Shown: positions 1 through 13,117 of the stretch, in pieces | Position numbering within the stretch: the first letter of the stretch is position 1 | Layout: each line of letters starts with the position of its first letter | DNA from: Chara braunii | Taxonomy: Eukaryota; Plantae; Charophyceae | DNA length: 64,000 bases | Assembly: GCA_003427395.1 (NCBI GenBank) | Contig: BFEA01000012.1 | Span: 641,219 to 705,218 of the forward strand | Reading direction: 5' to 3' | Notes under the pieces: model-generated | Told to the model about the DNA's origin: nothing | Database searches by the model: none | What the model saw: only the letters and a program-made list of their open reading frames with translations | Made by a program: the position numbers and the translations under genes

Positions 1-59
1 GGAGTTGTGTTTCTTTTGAATGCATTTGCGCCGCTAATAATTTAGAATATTCATTGCAT

Positions 60-1080
60 TTACGACCTAGAAAGGCTAGGCGGTTGTTGAACCAACGAAT
101 GTTATCATTTATCCTAGGCCTCTGCAATTTCGAGAAATCTCAAACATCGTGGAGGTATTGTCTAAAGGTATTATTTTTAAGATGGAAGGTGTTGAGTTTA
201 TAATACTTTTTACTTTGATCTGGCTTCTTGAGAAACGAGAAGACCGTCACACACATCACATGATCTAGACCTGGATAAGGAGTACATAAAAAAAAATCAG
301 CAAACTAAAGTGCTCCTTGTAATTCTTCTGATACTAAAATAAGATTTATTCTGAATTTAGTGGATTGTCTGAGTTGGGTTCTTCTGAAGCGTGTAAATGT
401 TCTTGATAATGGATTGAGTCTGCGAAATGAATCAAAAACATTAAATGTATGACAAATGTTAACTATAATTATTTCATCTGTTTCCACATAGCCTGGGCAT
501 GGGGAGGGGATACGCCAACGATCCAGATGTCTATCCGGAGTCGCATTGAAGTCACCTGCTATGATCATCGGGATACCAACCGGGAGGCGAAAAAGAAGAG
601 ATTCAAAAAATGTTTGACGGTCTCCCATATCGTTAGGTTCATAAACACAGAGAATATTGATGACTTCCAATTCCATCATGGCTAGAATAAAGACCTATCT
701 CCCTTTTAAAGGATCGGCCTCCCAGTATAGGGTTTCTACTTTAGATCCTGGCGATATCCACATTGCTACTCCAACACTTCCTGGTCTAGGGGCATGTGCC
801 TTGTATGCTGTGTGTGGCCATAATTCCTTATGATTATGATGATGAGAGTCTATATTCATGAGATGAGTTTCTTGAATACAAATGACATTTGGCCATTCTT
901 TGCCATCTATTCCTTTGAACTGATCGTACATGGTTTGTTTTTTGCTATGTTTGGCTGAAGCCAATCCATTGACATTGCGGGATCTAAGGTCCAAATCAGC
1001 ATTTCTCTTGAGCAGTTTTCATACTCTATGCTTATTGTATAAGGCATCAATTAACCTAATTCCTTCCAGTTTTCATTCAT
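60..1080 (-). pseudogene. LINE (L1/Tx1-like) ORF2 N-terminus, APE endonuclease domain; decayed, runs off the window start
   Basis: ORF fragments DLRSRNVNGL...VICIQETHL (695-994) and IIAGDFNATPD...FDSFRRLNP...RINLIL (305-679) are AP-endonuclease motifs; broken by stops. Confidence 0.9.
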
Positions 1081-2400
1081 GGTCTTATTAATAACTGCTC
1101 ATTAGAGACTAAGATTAAGATCAAAGGAAGACTGTTCGTGTGAAGTTTTCACCATGCCGACCAGGACCCCATATCTAAGATTCCTCCAACTTCCAAAGTT
1201 CCATGCCTGAGAAGTCTGACAAGGAGGGTGGTGACATCAGTTTCTGACCAGAACATACTAGCCTTAATTTTCAGTTGTTGGAGTTCCTTGAGTATCTTGA
1301 CTCCCATCCACCTCAGATCTACATTTTTGTCTCTTTTAATTTTAGGTAAACATCTCGTTCCGCAATTCTTTGTGGATCCGTTATCAACTGCTCTTTGACA
1401 TATTTAATAATATCCTTCTTAAGTAGAGTTTCCCCAACCTTCACCTCCGTTAAAGTGGACAGGGAGAGGAAGGAGGAATTTCTACCTAGAACTGTTACCT
1501 CGCCATGCACAGCTCCAGGGGGCTCTGACAAACCGACTTCCCAGTTCCCTCCTTCGAATCTGACTGAGAGAACAACTATTCTTATTTTTTAGGGTGGGGA
1601 ATCAGTTTGCTCGTTTTTCAATCTCAGTCTCAATTTTTGTCTCTTACTAGTAACTTTCAGCGACAGTGAAGTAGTGAGGGGGGACTTTTCACTGCAACTT
1701 TGTATTAGCTCTGTTGTTCGAGAAGTCTGTAATTCATCAGGAGGGGGGGGATCGTGTTCTTTGCAGAGATATGCCTGAACTGTTCTCCACATATTCTGCA
1801 AATCTTGAGTAAAGTCAATTATATCACCAATATCTTGATTTTGTCCCTCCTTTGCTTGATTCTCAGGGTAGTCATCCCACTCAATTAGGGACGAGGTCCT
1901 TCGAGGACGAATGTCTGGACCAGGGAGCAAAAGGAACTTCCTTTCACCAGTTAGCTGAGACACTACTTCTTTTAGTCTAATACCTTCTCGTCCCCCCCCC
2001 CCCCCCCCTGTAGATGTGGCTGCATATAGGTAGTTACCAACGAACTCATTCAGAGCATACTGTGGACTGCTATGTCGACCCGTGACTACATACTCTGAAG
2101 TTTGCATCAGCCTGCATTCAGAATGTTTGTCTGCTTCCAACGATTCAGATTATCTTTCCTTCTCTCCTTATTTCCCCCGTCAATCTCTCCCTCAAATGAT
2201 TCCATTTTATTTGATCGAGTCTCACTATCCTCTTGATGTGCTGCTGTACAACATTTGCTCCCCTGATTGATTGACTGTGTGCTCTCCAATGAAGAGCAAT
2301 GTGAACTTTTATTGTCCAATAGAGGAGCTTTGGCAAAGAACGTAAGAGTGCCGCGAAAGGTGGACTCCGAGGCGCAGCACATGGAACATAAAAGAAAAAT
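1081..2400 (-). pseudogene. Decayed ORF1 of the same LINE (5' boundary uncertain)
   Basis: Directly upstream of the EN domain. Fragment VVLSVRFEGGNWEVGLSEPP resembles the ORF1 C-termini of the other LINEs here (WELGL at about 8690, WEVAI at about 53350). Confidence 0.6.
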
Positions 2401-3079
2401 GTGACCCCACATGCCCTACTTCTGCGGGACTTTACCTAACCGAGCGGCACTATCTTGTGGCGTGCCAGGACCCAATGAATGGTCTGCACATAAAAAAAAG
2501 AAGAAAAAAAAAGAAAAACACAAGGGCACCTTCTTTCACGGTGCAGGGTACAGGGCTGGCGCCTTCTGATTTTCGAAAGAACTACAAGTCCTCCAATCGC
2601 GCTCGCACTGCCAGGTACTATGCTGTTTCCACTTCTCCAAAAAAAAAACAGGGCCACCTCCGGCTCTCGTGGAAAGAAGTGGGATCCCAAAATTTACCAA
2701 AAAGTGCCTTGCCTATTAGAAGTGGGACTCAGACCCTTAGTGGATAAAAGTCAACATGTGGCTCACCCCCACCACCGCACTCACCACTTCCCACGGAGAG
2801 GACCCACTTGAGGGTGACATCGGTTCCTTTCCACTTTTTTGCATTGATTCCAATGGCAGCTCATGCACCGTACCCTCTTTCAAGGAAAACAGCTTGAAGC
2901 TTTTGGAAAAAGAAAACAGGAGGTTCTTTTGTCTGAACAGCATTGCCTGTTCACCCTGCAGGATTGGTCCAAGGAAAGGTATAGCCAGTGGAATACAAGT
3001 GGAATTCAAGCCTTAGGGCAGAATTTCAGCTTGAAATTCCTTTCAGTAAAACTTACAAAATAAGCACCAGTGTAGCTGA

Positions 3080-3081
<2 letters not shown>

Positions 3082-3142
<61 letters not shown>

Positions 3143-3475
3143 NNNNNNNNNAGTAGGGATTGGTGGTGGTGGTGAAAAGAGCTACCACCCCTAGCAGGCC
3201 CACTGCTGGCTTTCTGGCTGTGGCTGAAGATGGGATTTTTTTTTCCTGTCAAATCAGGCAAGTCTGAATTCTTTTCATGTAACACTGGGACGGCGGCCCC
3301 GTTTTGCAGACCAGGTGCAGCACCCCACGAATGGAGTGGAGCCATCCCAACGGCGTCACTCAATCCAGGTGGTTCTCTCACCACGATGATCGGGAAAAAA
3401 AAAAAAGGGAAAAAAAGGCAACAGCTTCATGTGCTGCCTCGGGCACTGGGCCCCCATTACATGCTTGCTTCTGGG

Positions 3476-3529
<54 letters not shown>

Positions 3530-3995
3530 TGAAAGGGGAGTGAGTCTTTTGGTACGAAACTCATCTAGCAGCAATTTGTCAAGTATCACTTCTTCTTCTT
3601 CTTCTTGTTTTTTTTTTTTTTTTTTTCAATCCCAGGAAAATATGAGACGTCTACAGTAGGAAAGCCATTTGTAAGACTATGTTCTAAAACCCCTCAGGAG
3701 CCGAGAAGCCGCTGAAAATTTCTGGACGGCGTTTGCCTGTAGGCGAACACCAACGAAAAAACAAAAAAAAGGAAAGAGAAAAGTAAGCAAAAAAGAAAAA
3801 GAAAAGGAAAGGTCTTCTTTAAAGTTCTTTTCTTTTTCTTTTTCTTTTCCAAGAAAACAGCTGTAGGAGGGTCCCACTACTTGGGGTGATAAGAGGACCC
3901 TACCTTGTAATGGGCAGCCCCCCTTGTGATGGCTCTGATGATGTTATGGGTTGGGGAGCTGCACCTCCTGGAAACTGCATCCAGCTTCCCATAAT
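3082..3995. mobile_element. Cluster of short poly(A)-tailed retroposon 3' ends on both strands
   Basis: Poly(T) 3082-3142, poly(A) tracts from about 3395 and 3476, and an A-rich minus-strand tail at 3825-3850. Segments 3287-3395 (+) and about 3850-3995 (-) share the 3' motif of the LINE tails at 26215 and 35324. Confidence 0.6.
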
Positions 3996-4093
3996 ATAAA
4001 CAAGGGGCAGGTACGTTGGAGTCGCACCCGGCGTTCAGAAAATAGGCAACTTTAACAGTTCGTGAAATGGAGCACAAATATAAACTGCGTTTC

Positions 4094-4136
<43 letters not shown>

Positions 4137-5461
4137 AGCACAAAAGGCAACGGTTACCCTGAATCTGCCAAGCGCCACTGCGGGTAATGAATGACTGGCG
4201 CAATTTTAGACCCCCGCTAAACTTGCACATTTCAAAGTTCACACCATGACACCGGTGCCACTTTGTCGTTTTTCTTGCCTATTTGCCACAGCCACAGTTT
4301 CCCCTATAAACAAACTTCCATAACTGCATGGGCAGCAAGGATACCATAGCAGGGGATCGACTGCCTAAGCGGATCGACTGCATGGGCAGCAAACTCCAGG
4401 GGATTCACCGCCTAAGCGAATACCATAGCAGCGGATCGACTGCCTAAGCTAATAACGCACCATAAATTGTCCTGGGGAGCAGACTGATACCAGCTCTGGA
4501 CGTTTCCCTCCCTCTCAAGCCCCAAACAAACATCTCCCACAGAGTCCCACCCACTCCACACAGTCAAACCCTTTGTGACCCTTGGCCCCATCTCTCAGTC
4601 TATCCTCTTCAATTCTGCTGCAGCCCCGCACTAGACCGGCATGTGCTTCAGAACCGGGTCCAAAGCTTTGCATATGGACATGGCGGGGAGGGCGGGGATG
4701 AGGGGGAAGCCAGCATTCGCGGAGGGGGGAGAAGAGGTGAGTTAGGAGAAGACGGGACAGAAAAAGAGGCTGGAGGTTGATCACGCACTGACCGGGAAGA
4801 AGATGTCGTGGGAATCAGGATAATGATCATTGAAGAAAAAATACTTCAGCAGAGTGCCTTCTGGAGGAACACGCTCCCACTCACTCTCCTTTCCCCTCCA
4901 TTGCTTCCACATCAGGTGGTTGTTTTTATCATCCACAGCTCACATACGGCTTTCTTGGGGTGAATCCCCAGATCTTTATGTTTCTTTGTTGTTTTTTTTT
5001 TGGCGACGTGATCATGAAACTGGCTGGCCCCAGGCAATTCAGAAATTTGTTCACTTCTCATTCATCTAGTTCCATCGGAATTCGAATTCGAATTCGAAAT
5101 CAGGTCTGTATTTCAACTGTTCATGGGTGGCCAGGGCATACTCACACGAGGAATTTTTCCTTATTCACAGACGTGATTGCGGTCAGATGCATTCACGGCC
5201 GTCCATAAACGCGGTCAGATGCATTCACGGCCGTCCATAAACGCAGTCAGATAGTGTGAGTACGCCCTCAGTTACTTTTTGAAACTGGAGCTCCTTCTTC
5301 CTGGCCTTCCAGTCTTCATGAGTGCAGGGTTCGTTTCATTTTCTTTTTTTCCGAGTATTGGTTCTAAATTCTGATAGGGTTGTCAAAGTCCGTCCCTATT
5401 TTTGGGTGTTCTTTGATGACGCGGCATACAAATCAACAAATGAGAAAACAAGGCGGATAAG

Positions 5462-5570
5462 TTTTTTTTTTTTTTTTTTTTTTCCCGAAGACGTGCACCA
5501 ATCTATTCGTGGGGCGCAGCACTTGCTGGGAATCGGGCCCAGCGTCCCATATGAAGACATGTAAAAACAA
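5462..5570 (-). mobile_element. LINE/SINE 3' end with conserved motif and poly(A)
   Basis: Reverse complement reads atgggacgctgggcccgattcccagcaagtgctgcgccccacgaatagattggtgca...(A)n, matching the LINE 3' UTR at 35324-35376. Confidence 0.75.
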
Positions 5571-8116
5571 TTTATGAACAAATTGGGGTAGCAGGGCCAT
5601 TACCTGGTTTCGGCTTGAGAGTATCCTCCAACATCATGAACAAGCTACTGAAAATCGGGATAGATGATTAGAAAACTTCGAATCTTTTTTTACAATCCTA
5701 AACACCTCCTGAAATCCACCACAATTCTCCGAACACTCAAGTATCTAATGGATTTCCAACAGATCATAACAAAGCTCACCAAGACTGACTTATTCTTTGA
5801 CAAACTCATCCACGCCTCACGCCCTCTATCCGCTAGGTTACAGAGCAACGCGACTCACTCTAGCTCCCACCAATGTCGTCATGTGTCGGCAACCCCCAGC
5901 TGTCCCTTAGGATGCCCCCGCATAGCATCCCCAAATCTCTCTACAAGGCCTCATGCCCTCACCTTCTGCAAGTTACAGGGCATCACCCCGGCTCCGGCCA
6001 GTGTCGTTTTGGCATCGAACAGCCACGAATCCTGAACATATCAGTCTAATTCCAGTGCAGCTTCGTACAAACCACCAGCAGTCCCTCAGAGTCCTGAGAG
6101 ATTCTTCAAACTACCAGGAATAACAAGGGTGCTTGTGTTGAAAATTTCAGAAAGAATCAGAAAAAGTATCAACCCAATACAAGCAAAAAATATAGAAATT
6201 CCCCACTTTCCCCCTCATCCCCCTGCCCCACCGCTGCCTCCACCGAAAAGGTCCACCCCTGATCACGAACACTCCTCATCGGCCCCAACTTGGGACAAAC
6301 CCGTTTCCCCCCCTTACTCCCACAAAGGCATCCAGTTCCCACCCAAAGTATGCCTCTGCCAACCCCTTGCCCTTATCTGCCACCGCTGGGATATGATGCC
6401 GACCCATACATCTCCCCCAGCCCCAGAATAGAGCATCCCCCAAAATCTGCCCCGTCTCCCTTCAGGGCAATAACCTCCCTCCTTGTGAAGGCTACGTCTT
6501 GAAACACTGAAACGCGATGCAAAAGCGGCCAGGGACTCCTTTCTCATCCAACCCCTCTCCCCCACCACCTTTACTGTTCTGGCTATGTATGAAAAGAATA
6601 AACAAGCTATGGATGGCTGGAAAAGCATAAGATGCGATCGTTCAGAAGTAAGAATCTACCCATGGTCTCCCCCTAAGCAGCTAGGACCAGAGGAGCTGCG
6701 GGAGCAAATGATGGCACAACAGTTTTGGGTTGAATTCCGACATATCCCCGTCGAAATTCAGGCCACCTTCTCACAAGACTTGGGGCAACGCTATAAGCCC
6801 ATCCTTTCCTTCGTGGCACACGTGACGATTATCTCATGTTGGCCTTGGATGTCCCCACAAACCCCCCGTTCGCCATCGATGATGCCATCCTGTACAGAAT
6901 CAGAGAGAAAGAAGATAAGGTCCGTACCGCACACAAGTTACGGCCATGGTGCTTCAAATGCAAGAGCTATGGCCACTTATGTACAAACGACTCTTGCCCG
7001 GTACACCCCGCCCTTAGGGTCAGGACCACGGGACGGCTGCAGCGGAATCCTTTTAGAACCAACCTGTGGCACTCGGTGGACCCAGGCCATGAGGGGTGGA
7101 TCTATGTGGAAGAGTCCTAGAGGGGAGGGGCACTAATGGGCTGGGAGTGGGAAGGCACCGGGGAAGCCAACTAGGATACCCGTCCCCCAAACCCTTGGAG
7201 GTAAGAATGAAGGAAGGGGGCCAAGGGGTGGGGCAGGGACAACAGAGTTCGCAAAACACACAATCCAAGAAGGGAGACCGGGGGAGGGAGGCGGATTGGA
7301 CCACGGTGCAACCCAAGAGAAAGCGAGCTACTCTGCAACTGGGCAATGGAGGCATTGGAAGGGCGTCCCTAGAAAGGCAGAGGAGGAAGCTGGTGGTCCA
7401 GAGATGCCAAGATGAATATCCGAAGAAGGGGACCTCATTGGAAGGGGCCCGGAGGGGAAAGGATGGGGCTGACAAGGAAACCAAGGATGAAGGGGAGGAA
7501 GCACGACCGCCTCCGCTGGCTCAGCAGAAGGACGGCACACGGGCGCGGGAGGACCCCTCAGTTGAACCGTCTAGTTCGCAGAGCACAGACCCATTCGTGG
7601 ACGCCTTCGGCCCGTGCCACATGGAGGTGGAAAAAGAGGACATCTCGGAAACAAGAACCGGTAAGGACCCCCATGCCCCCCGGATGTGGTAATGACAGAC
7701 GCAGCAGCGTATCAGACATTTGAGCCGACTCCGCTACACATCAAACTCGAATCCTTGGCAGATTGGTTGATGCAGAGCCTGCAGCTTCGGTACACCGGCC
7801 TCCCCACAAATTTTTGGGACAGCGCGTATCGAGAGTTTGTTTCGATGCTAGAAGGGAGTGACAGTCTGCGCACAACTCTAGAGAATGGTCCGCCACAAGG
7901 CCATCAGTGACCGGAAAGTCTGCAGAAGGTGTATTATGTTGTAAATAGGCGGTTCTGTCCGCCAGGCCCGCCCACATATAATCAACATATGTCCCAAGAC
8001 ATGGTATCGATGACCCAACACCGAGACACCCCTCAAGATGAAGCGGGTCTGGGTGCACAGCACGATTTACCGTCCATTGACACAGAACCTTAGGAACCCC
8101 CAACCAGCACCTAGAG

Positions 8117-8154
8117 CTGTCTCTTATACACATCTAGATGTGTATAAGAGACAG
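8117..8154. other. Nextera/Tn5 mosaic-end junction adapter (assembly artefact)
   Basis: Exact ctgtctcttatacacatct + agatgtgtataagagacag, between two identical copies of a segment (7875-8116 and 8155-8396). Confidence 0.97.
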
Positions 8155-8851
8155 ACTCTAGAGAATGGTCCGCCACAAGGCCATCAGTGACCGGAAAGTC
8201 TGCAGAAGGTGTATTATGTTGTAAATAGGCGGTTCTGTCCGCCAGGCCCGCCCACATATAATCAACATATGTCCCAAGACATGGTATCGATGACCCAACA
8301 CCGAGACACCCCTCAAGATGAAGCGGGTCTGGGTGCACAGCACGATTTACCGTCCATTGACACAGAACCTTAGGAACCCCCAACCAGCACCTAGAGTGAC
8401 AAGGGGGGGGGGGGAGGGCACGGACCTAATGTCCCTTGATCCCCGTACACCGGGGAAATCATCCCCCACTAGAGGCACGACGCAGGAAGAAGGGAACCCA
8501 GGTGGGACCGTAGATGGCTCCAGGGACAACCACAAGGATGGAGAGCAGGGCCCAGAGGGAGATTCCCCGACCCAACACTTGAGAGACAAGTGCGGTAAAC
8601 AGAGACACGCGATGGAATAGAGTAGATACCAGGAATACCCTACTCTTAACGGGGTGCTGATGTTACCACTGCCGAAGAGGAAAGGAAGATGGGAATTGGG
8701 CTTAGCATTACCTCCGGCCCATAAAAAGTATGGGGGGTTAACCTTGACAGGCTCGGACCCCCTTATTGCCAGGCTGCCTGCACACATGAAAGATACCTTG
8801 CTAGAGGAAGAAATCAACATCCACATCCAAAAGTCATTCGTATCAGGAGCG

Positions 8852-9919
8852 TGTGACACGCAACCTCACGCCCCCTCGCAGCTTCCCGTACGGGGTCGCC
8901 GATCAGAGTTCTAGGAGGGGCGTGGCCAAGGATTTTTGGCCGTAAGGGCTGAGTCTCCCGGACGGAACGGGAGACCCTCGTTTCGTGCAAGAGGTTTTCC
9001 CCGGAGTCGAACTGTCGTCGCGGAGTCCCGTGGGGGTCGGATCACTCCGAAACGATAAAATCAAGAAAGGTTTCCGCAAAAATGAACTGCCGTCATGCAT
9101 CGGGACAGAAAAAGGCATCAAGGGGAGAGGGCCATGGCGGCGGAGGACAAAACTTCGGCCGTCAGGGGTTTGGGGGATAGGTGGCGGGTTCGAAGCCTTC
9201 AGGCCTCATCATCGGCCTCACAAAGTGGCTGAACCCTCGAGTCTTTGCTGCGGAGGTGGTTGGTTCGAGGCCTTCAAGCCTCGGCGTCGGACTCACAGAG
9301 TCCGCGCGGAAGTTTCTGGGAGGGTAAAGCAGCGGGAGGACTCGCCGGCATCTGAATTCGAAATTGCGCGGGCAGCGCCCCCACACTACGGGAAAGCTCG
9401 GGGAAACGTGTCGCTCCCTCGTAACCCAGGACCAGCCGTCGCCAAGAACACGAGTCCCCCTGGCGACACCAGTGACAATCTAACTGCGGCTGCCACACGG
9501 CGTGAGCGACTGACCAGGGCAACACCCTCAAACCCGTATAAGGCAATATTAAAGTCGGGGAATCAATCAAAACAAACACATTCCCCCTTATCTCACAAGC
9601 TCGAGGCGGGTCCTGCCAACACACTTGCTCCGTCCGCCTCAGCGCGCGTCGTACGTCCACATCGCAATAGACGCTGTCGTCATCTGCGATGGGGAAGGTC
9701 GGTAGCAAGATGAGACGATCGGAGGTACGTGATGAACACGGGCAAGGTCCCGCGTTCCCGGTCATCCGAACCAACACCGAATCCATACAACAGTCGTCGC
9801 AACTCCTCTCTCCCCTCGCGGGGGCGTCGACCGTCCGCGCGGACGCAAGCGGTTGACGTCATCGGTACGGGGGCGAGAAGCTCCAAAAGTGAAAACTATC
9901 AGTTCAAAAAGGAAAGCAT

Positions 9920-9985
<66 letters not shown>

Positions 9986-11245
9986 NNNNNNNNNNNNNNN
10001 NNNNNNNNNNNNNNNNNNNNNNNNNNNNNNNNNNNNNNNNNNNNNNNNNNNNNNNNNNNNNNNNNNNNNNNNNNNNNNNNNNNNNNNNNNNNNNNNNNNN
10101 NNNNNNNNNNNNNNNNNNNNNNNNNNNNNNNNNNNNNNNNNNNNNNNNNNNNNNNNNNNNNNNNNAGACGGTCCCCCAGTTCAGCTTCCCCATCCCCGCC
10201 CCGATGAGTACATACACACATGCATGCATGCAATCAACAACTCTTGACAGGACATCTAATCATCCATGAACCTTCGACATCACTCGTGCGCATAACCAAC
10301 TCCCATCACTCGGGGCTTCACACACACGACATGCATGGACAAAGCATCAATGGAGATAAAAGCGAGTCCTTCTTGTACACAAAAAATTCAATTAGCTGCG
10401 GCCCCCAGGTTTTGCCCTCAAAACTTCCCAAGACCACCGACCACCATAGCCACAAGGCCCTGCCGCGGCCGGCGTCCAATCCCCACCACTGCTCAGTCCC
10501 TCCGACTGCTTAGCCCCGAAACTACCGCGGGGCCCACCCCACGTCATCACTCCGCCCGTCCTTGGGCTCGTCGAGCCTGTTCGGCGCCGCGGACTCTCAC
10601 GCATAGCTCGCGCAGCATTGCAGCCGAGATCAAAGAGAGGGAGAGGAGAGGGTTGCGCAAATTCATAGCGCGGGAGGCGGCGGGTTAACAGCGCGAGGTG
10701 CGGGCAGCGCAAGGTGTAGATGAGCAGGACAGGAGAGAGAGGTGGGGAGTTAGAGGGTTCGACCCGCGGGATTGCATGGCTACATGATTGGGGTGTTCGT
10801 CCAAGTGGTGCGCGGTTTCCCGCTTTCCACATTGATCCGAGCATCCCAACGACGCAGCCAATCACTTCGCGGAGGAAGACGGGGTAAGGATCAAGCTGGG
10901 CGTAGGGGAAGACGAAGAGTCCTGCATGGGGAAAACGCGCACGGCAAGAAGGGAAGATGGCGCGAGGATGCAAAGCAAGAAACGGGGATGCGAGACGCGC
11001 AAAGAAATCGGAGCTTGGGCGCGCGCGCAAAAATTCAAAAAGTCCCAATCGCACCCGTTTCTTGGTTTTCATACCGCGGCCGCTATTCGCCCGCGGGAGT
11101 TATTAACCAAACAAAATGAAAAAGTCGTTTCAAGAAGAAAACAAAAGAAAAACCCCTTTCTATTCGCGTCCGTACTTCGGGGCTTCCGCGGGATTTTTCC
11201 TCAGGGATACGGCAAGCCACGCGGTACGGATCTGAGCTTATCACA
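8852..11245 (-). repeat. 3' LTR of the Gypsy element (contains an (AG)n tract and a gap)
   Basis: Colinear and highly similar to 18484-20880. Confidence 0.93.
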
Positions 11246-12001
11246 TCTGTGATACGCAGGAGGTTCCGAAAAATTAGTAGTCTCCCGACTGCTGATTCTA
11301 TCATATCATGGATGATCGGGCGGCCTCTTCATCGTCCATCGTCTCCTTCCATAGTATACATTCGATCATCTTCCTAATCTACGTGGATGCATCCTGCATC
11401 CTCCATCGTCTCCTCCCATAGTATACATTCGATCGGGCGGCCCCTTCATCGTCAGCTGGCCCGATCGGTAAGTAAAAATATATATATATATATATTTTTT
11501 ATATATATATATCTATACAGCGCGTATCGTCGCGCAAGCTTTAGATCCGGAAAAGAAGAAGAAAAAGAGGAGAAGGAGAAGGAGAGGACAGGGGAGAGGT
11601 AGACGAGGGTGATCAGAGGAAGTGATCTATGTCGGGGTTGAGAGGGGGCGGAATAGGTGGAAGAAAAGCGGCCATTGCCGCAGGAGTCGTCGACGCATCT
11701 TCCTCATGGAAGTGATGCTGGACGAATGAGGGGTAAAGGAAAGCCCCCGGCTCATGTGAGAGGACACGTGGCGCCAGATCCGCTACCGCTCGCACCACCC
11801 GCTTGCGCACTGATCGGGGCGCTCGACCCGTCATCACCACATGAGTCTCGGTGTAAGGCCGCCGCTCCCGCTTCTGCGCCGCGAAGACCAGGAAGTGGTA
11901 CATCGCATTTGGACGCTCCGGTCTCGTAGATAAGCGTCCCAGCCAATCGCACCGCAATACATCCTTGGAAAGGGGGTGTCAGATATGGCTCCCCTGCCGG
12001 A

Positions 12002-12988
12002 TCAGGGCGCGGCGCCCCCGCGATGGCCTCGAGCCTGATGGTGGCGGGCTCCACCATGAAGTCCACCTCGGTCGGATGGACCGTCCGGCTCGGATGAACT
12101 ACTAATGTCAATGACCGGGGCACCCCGGGGTGGCTGGCGGGAACGGAGAGGTCCCGTGAGGACGGGGGGTCTGGATATGGGATCCGGAAATCCCATTCGC
12201 CTTCCTCCTCCGGCTGCTGCTGATGATGATGGCCCGGCTCCATCAAGATTGAGATCGGGCATACGCGGAATGGGTGGCGATGGCACGATAGTCTCCTTAA
12301 CGAGCGTCGCCGCACTCCCAGGCACAGGGTCAGGAATCCGCAGTCGCGCAGGCTGAATCACCTCCTCGCCGCCGCCGATCCTGCTGCCTTGCGCTCCTGG
12401 CGATGGGTGGCGTCTCTTCCTCTTCGGCGTCTTCTTAGGGGCCTTTGGTGGCGCTGGTCGAGGATACGACGAGGGAGGCCGCAACGGCCTTTCCTCCGGG
12501 AAGTCCTCCAACCTCTCCGCCCGCTGCGCAATGAAATCTGGGATGACGACCACGTTGTACGTCCTCCGCGGGGTCGTCGTTGTCCGCAATTGTGGTTGGA
12601 TCTCCTCCTCCTCGCTCGCGATCACTTGCACAATGGAGAGGAGCTCGAGGTGTATGAGCTCCAACAATCCCGGATCGATCGTCTGGAGCTGGGCGAAGGG
12701 GTACAGCGCCACCGTCCCTTCCTTCTCCGCTGGCTTGGGCCGTGAGATGACGTAGTAAACGACAAAGTGCTCCCCGATAGCATGGTCTTCGTGATCCACG
12801 AAGAACCGGAACATCCCTAGCGCCACCGACTTGTACAGCGCACGGTGCAACTCCCACGCGTCTTCGTCGGCGAAGGGCAGCGGCTCCACGTCAGTTAGCT
12901 CCACCAAATACTCTGAGAACTCGCGCATGGGGTAAGGGCCCTCCATGAGCTGGTAGGGGAGGGTGGTGTAGGAGAAGAAAGGAGGCAT
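12002..12988 (-). CDS. Extra ORF-B of the Gypsy element (328 aa), unknown function
   Basis: ATG-initiated, sense to pol. About 160-aa globular N-terminus, then a basic KKTPKRKRRH stretch and a Pro/Gly-rich tail. May continue by frameshift into the 11752-12315 frame. Confidence 0.6.
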   Translation of the reverse strand: MPPFFSYTTLPYQLMEGPYPMREFSEYLVELTDVEPLPFADEDAWELHRALYKSVALGMFRFFVDHEDHAIGEHFVVYYVISRPKPAEKEGTVALYPFAQLQTIDPGLLELIHLELLSIVQVIASEEEEIQPQLRTTTTPRRTYNVVVIPDFIAQRAERLEDFPEERPLRPPSSYPRPAPPKAPKKTPKRKRRHPSPGAQGSRIGGGEEVIQPARLRIPDPVPGSAATLVKETIVPSPPIPRMPDLNLDGAGPSSSAAAGGGRRMGFPDPISRPPVLTGPLRSRQPPRGAPVIDISSSSEPDGPSDRGGLHGGARHHQARGHRGGAAP

Positions 12989-13117
12989 TTAATACGGGAC
13001 AGGGGGAATAGCTTGGGGGTTGAGAGGAGCAGCGGGAGGGAGAAGCGCGGGGAGCTGCGGCACCAACGCAATCGGTCCGTCCTCTGCCCTACTTAGCAGC
13101 ACTTCGTGGGCTGTGAA

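Noticed and set aside
5890-5930. GGILRDSWG on the minus strand resembling a plant LINE RNase H motif
   Set aside because: Preceded by a stop with no upstream catalytic Asp motif in frame; insufficient evidence.
8985-9713. 242-aa plus-strand ORF in the LTR (257-aa equivalent at 18572-19345)
   Set aside because: GC-rich, Arg/Pro-biased, antisense, non-ATG start, no motif; its presence in both LTRs only reflects LTR identity.
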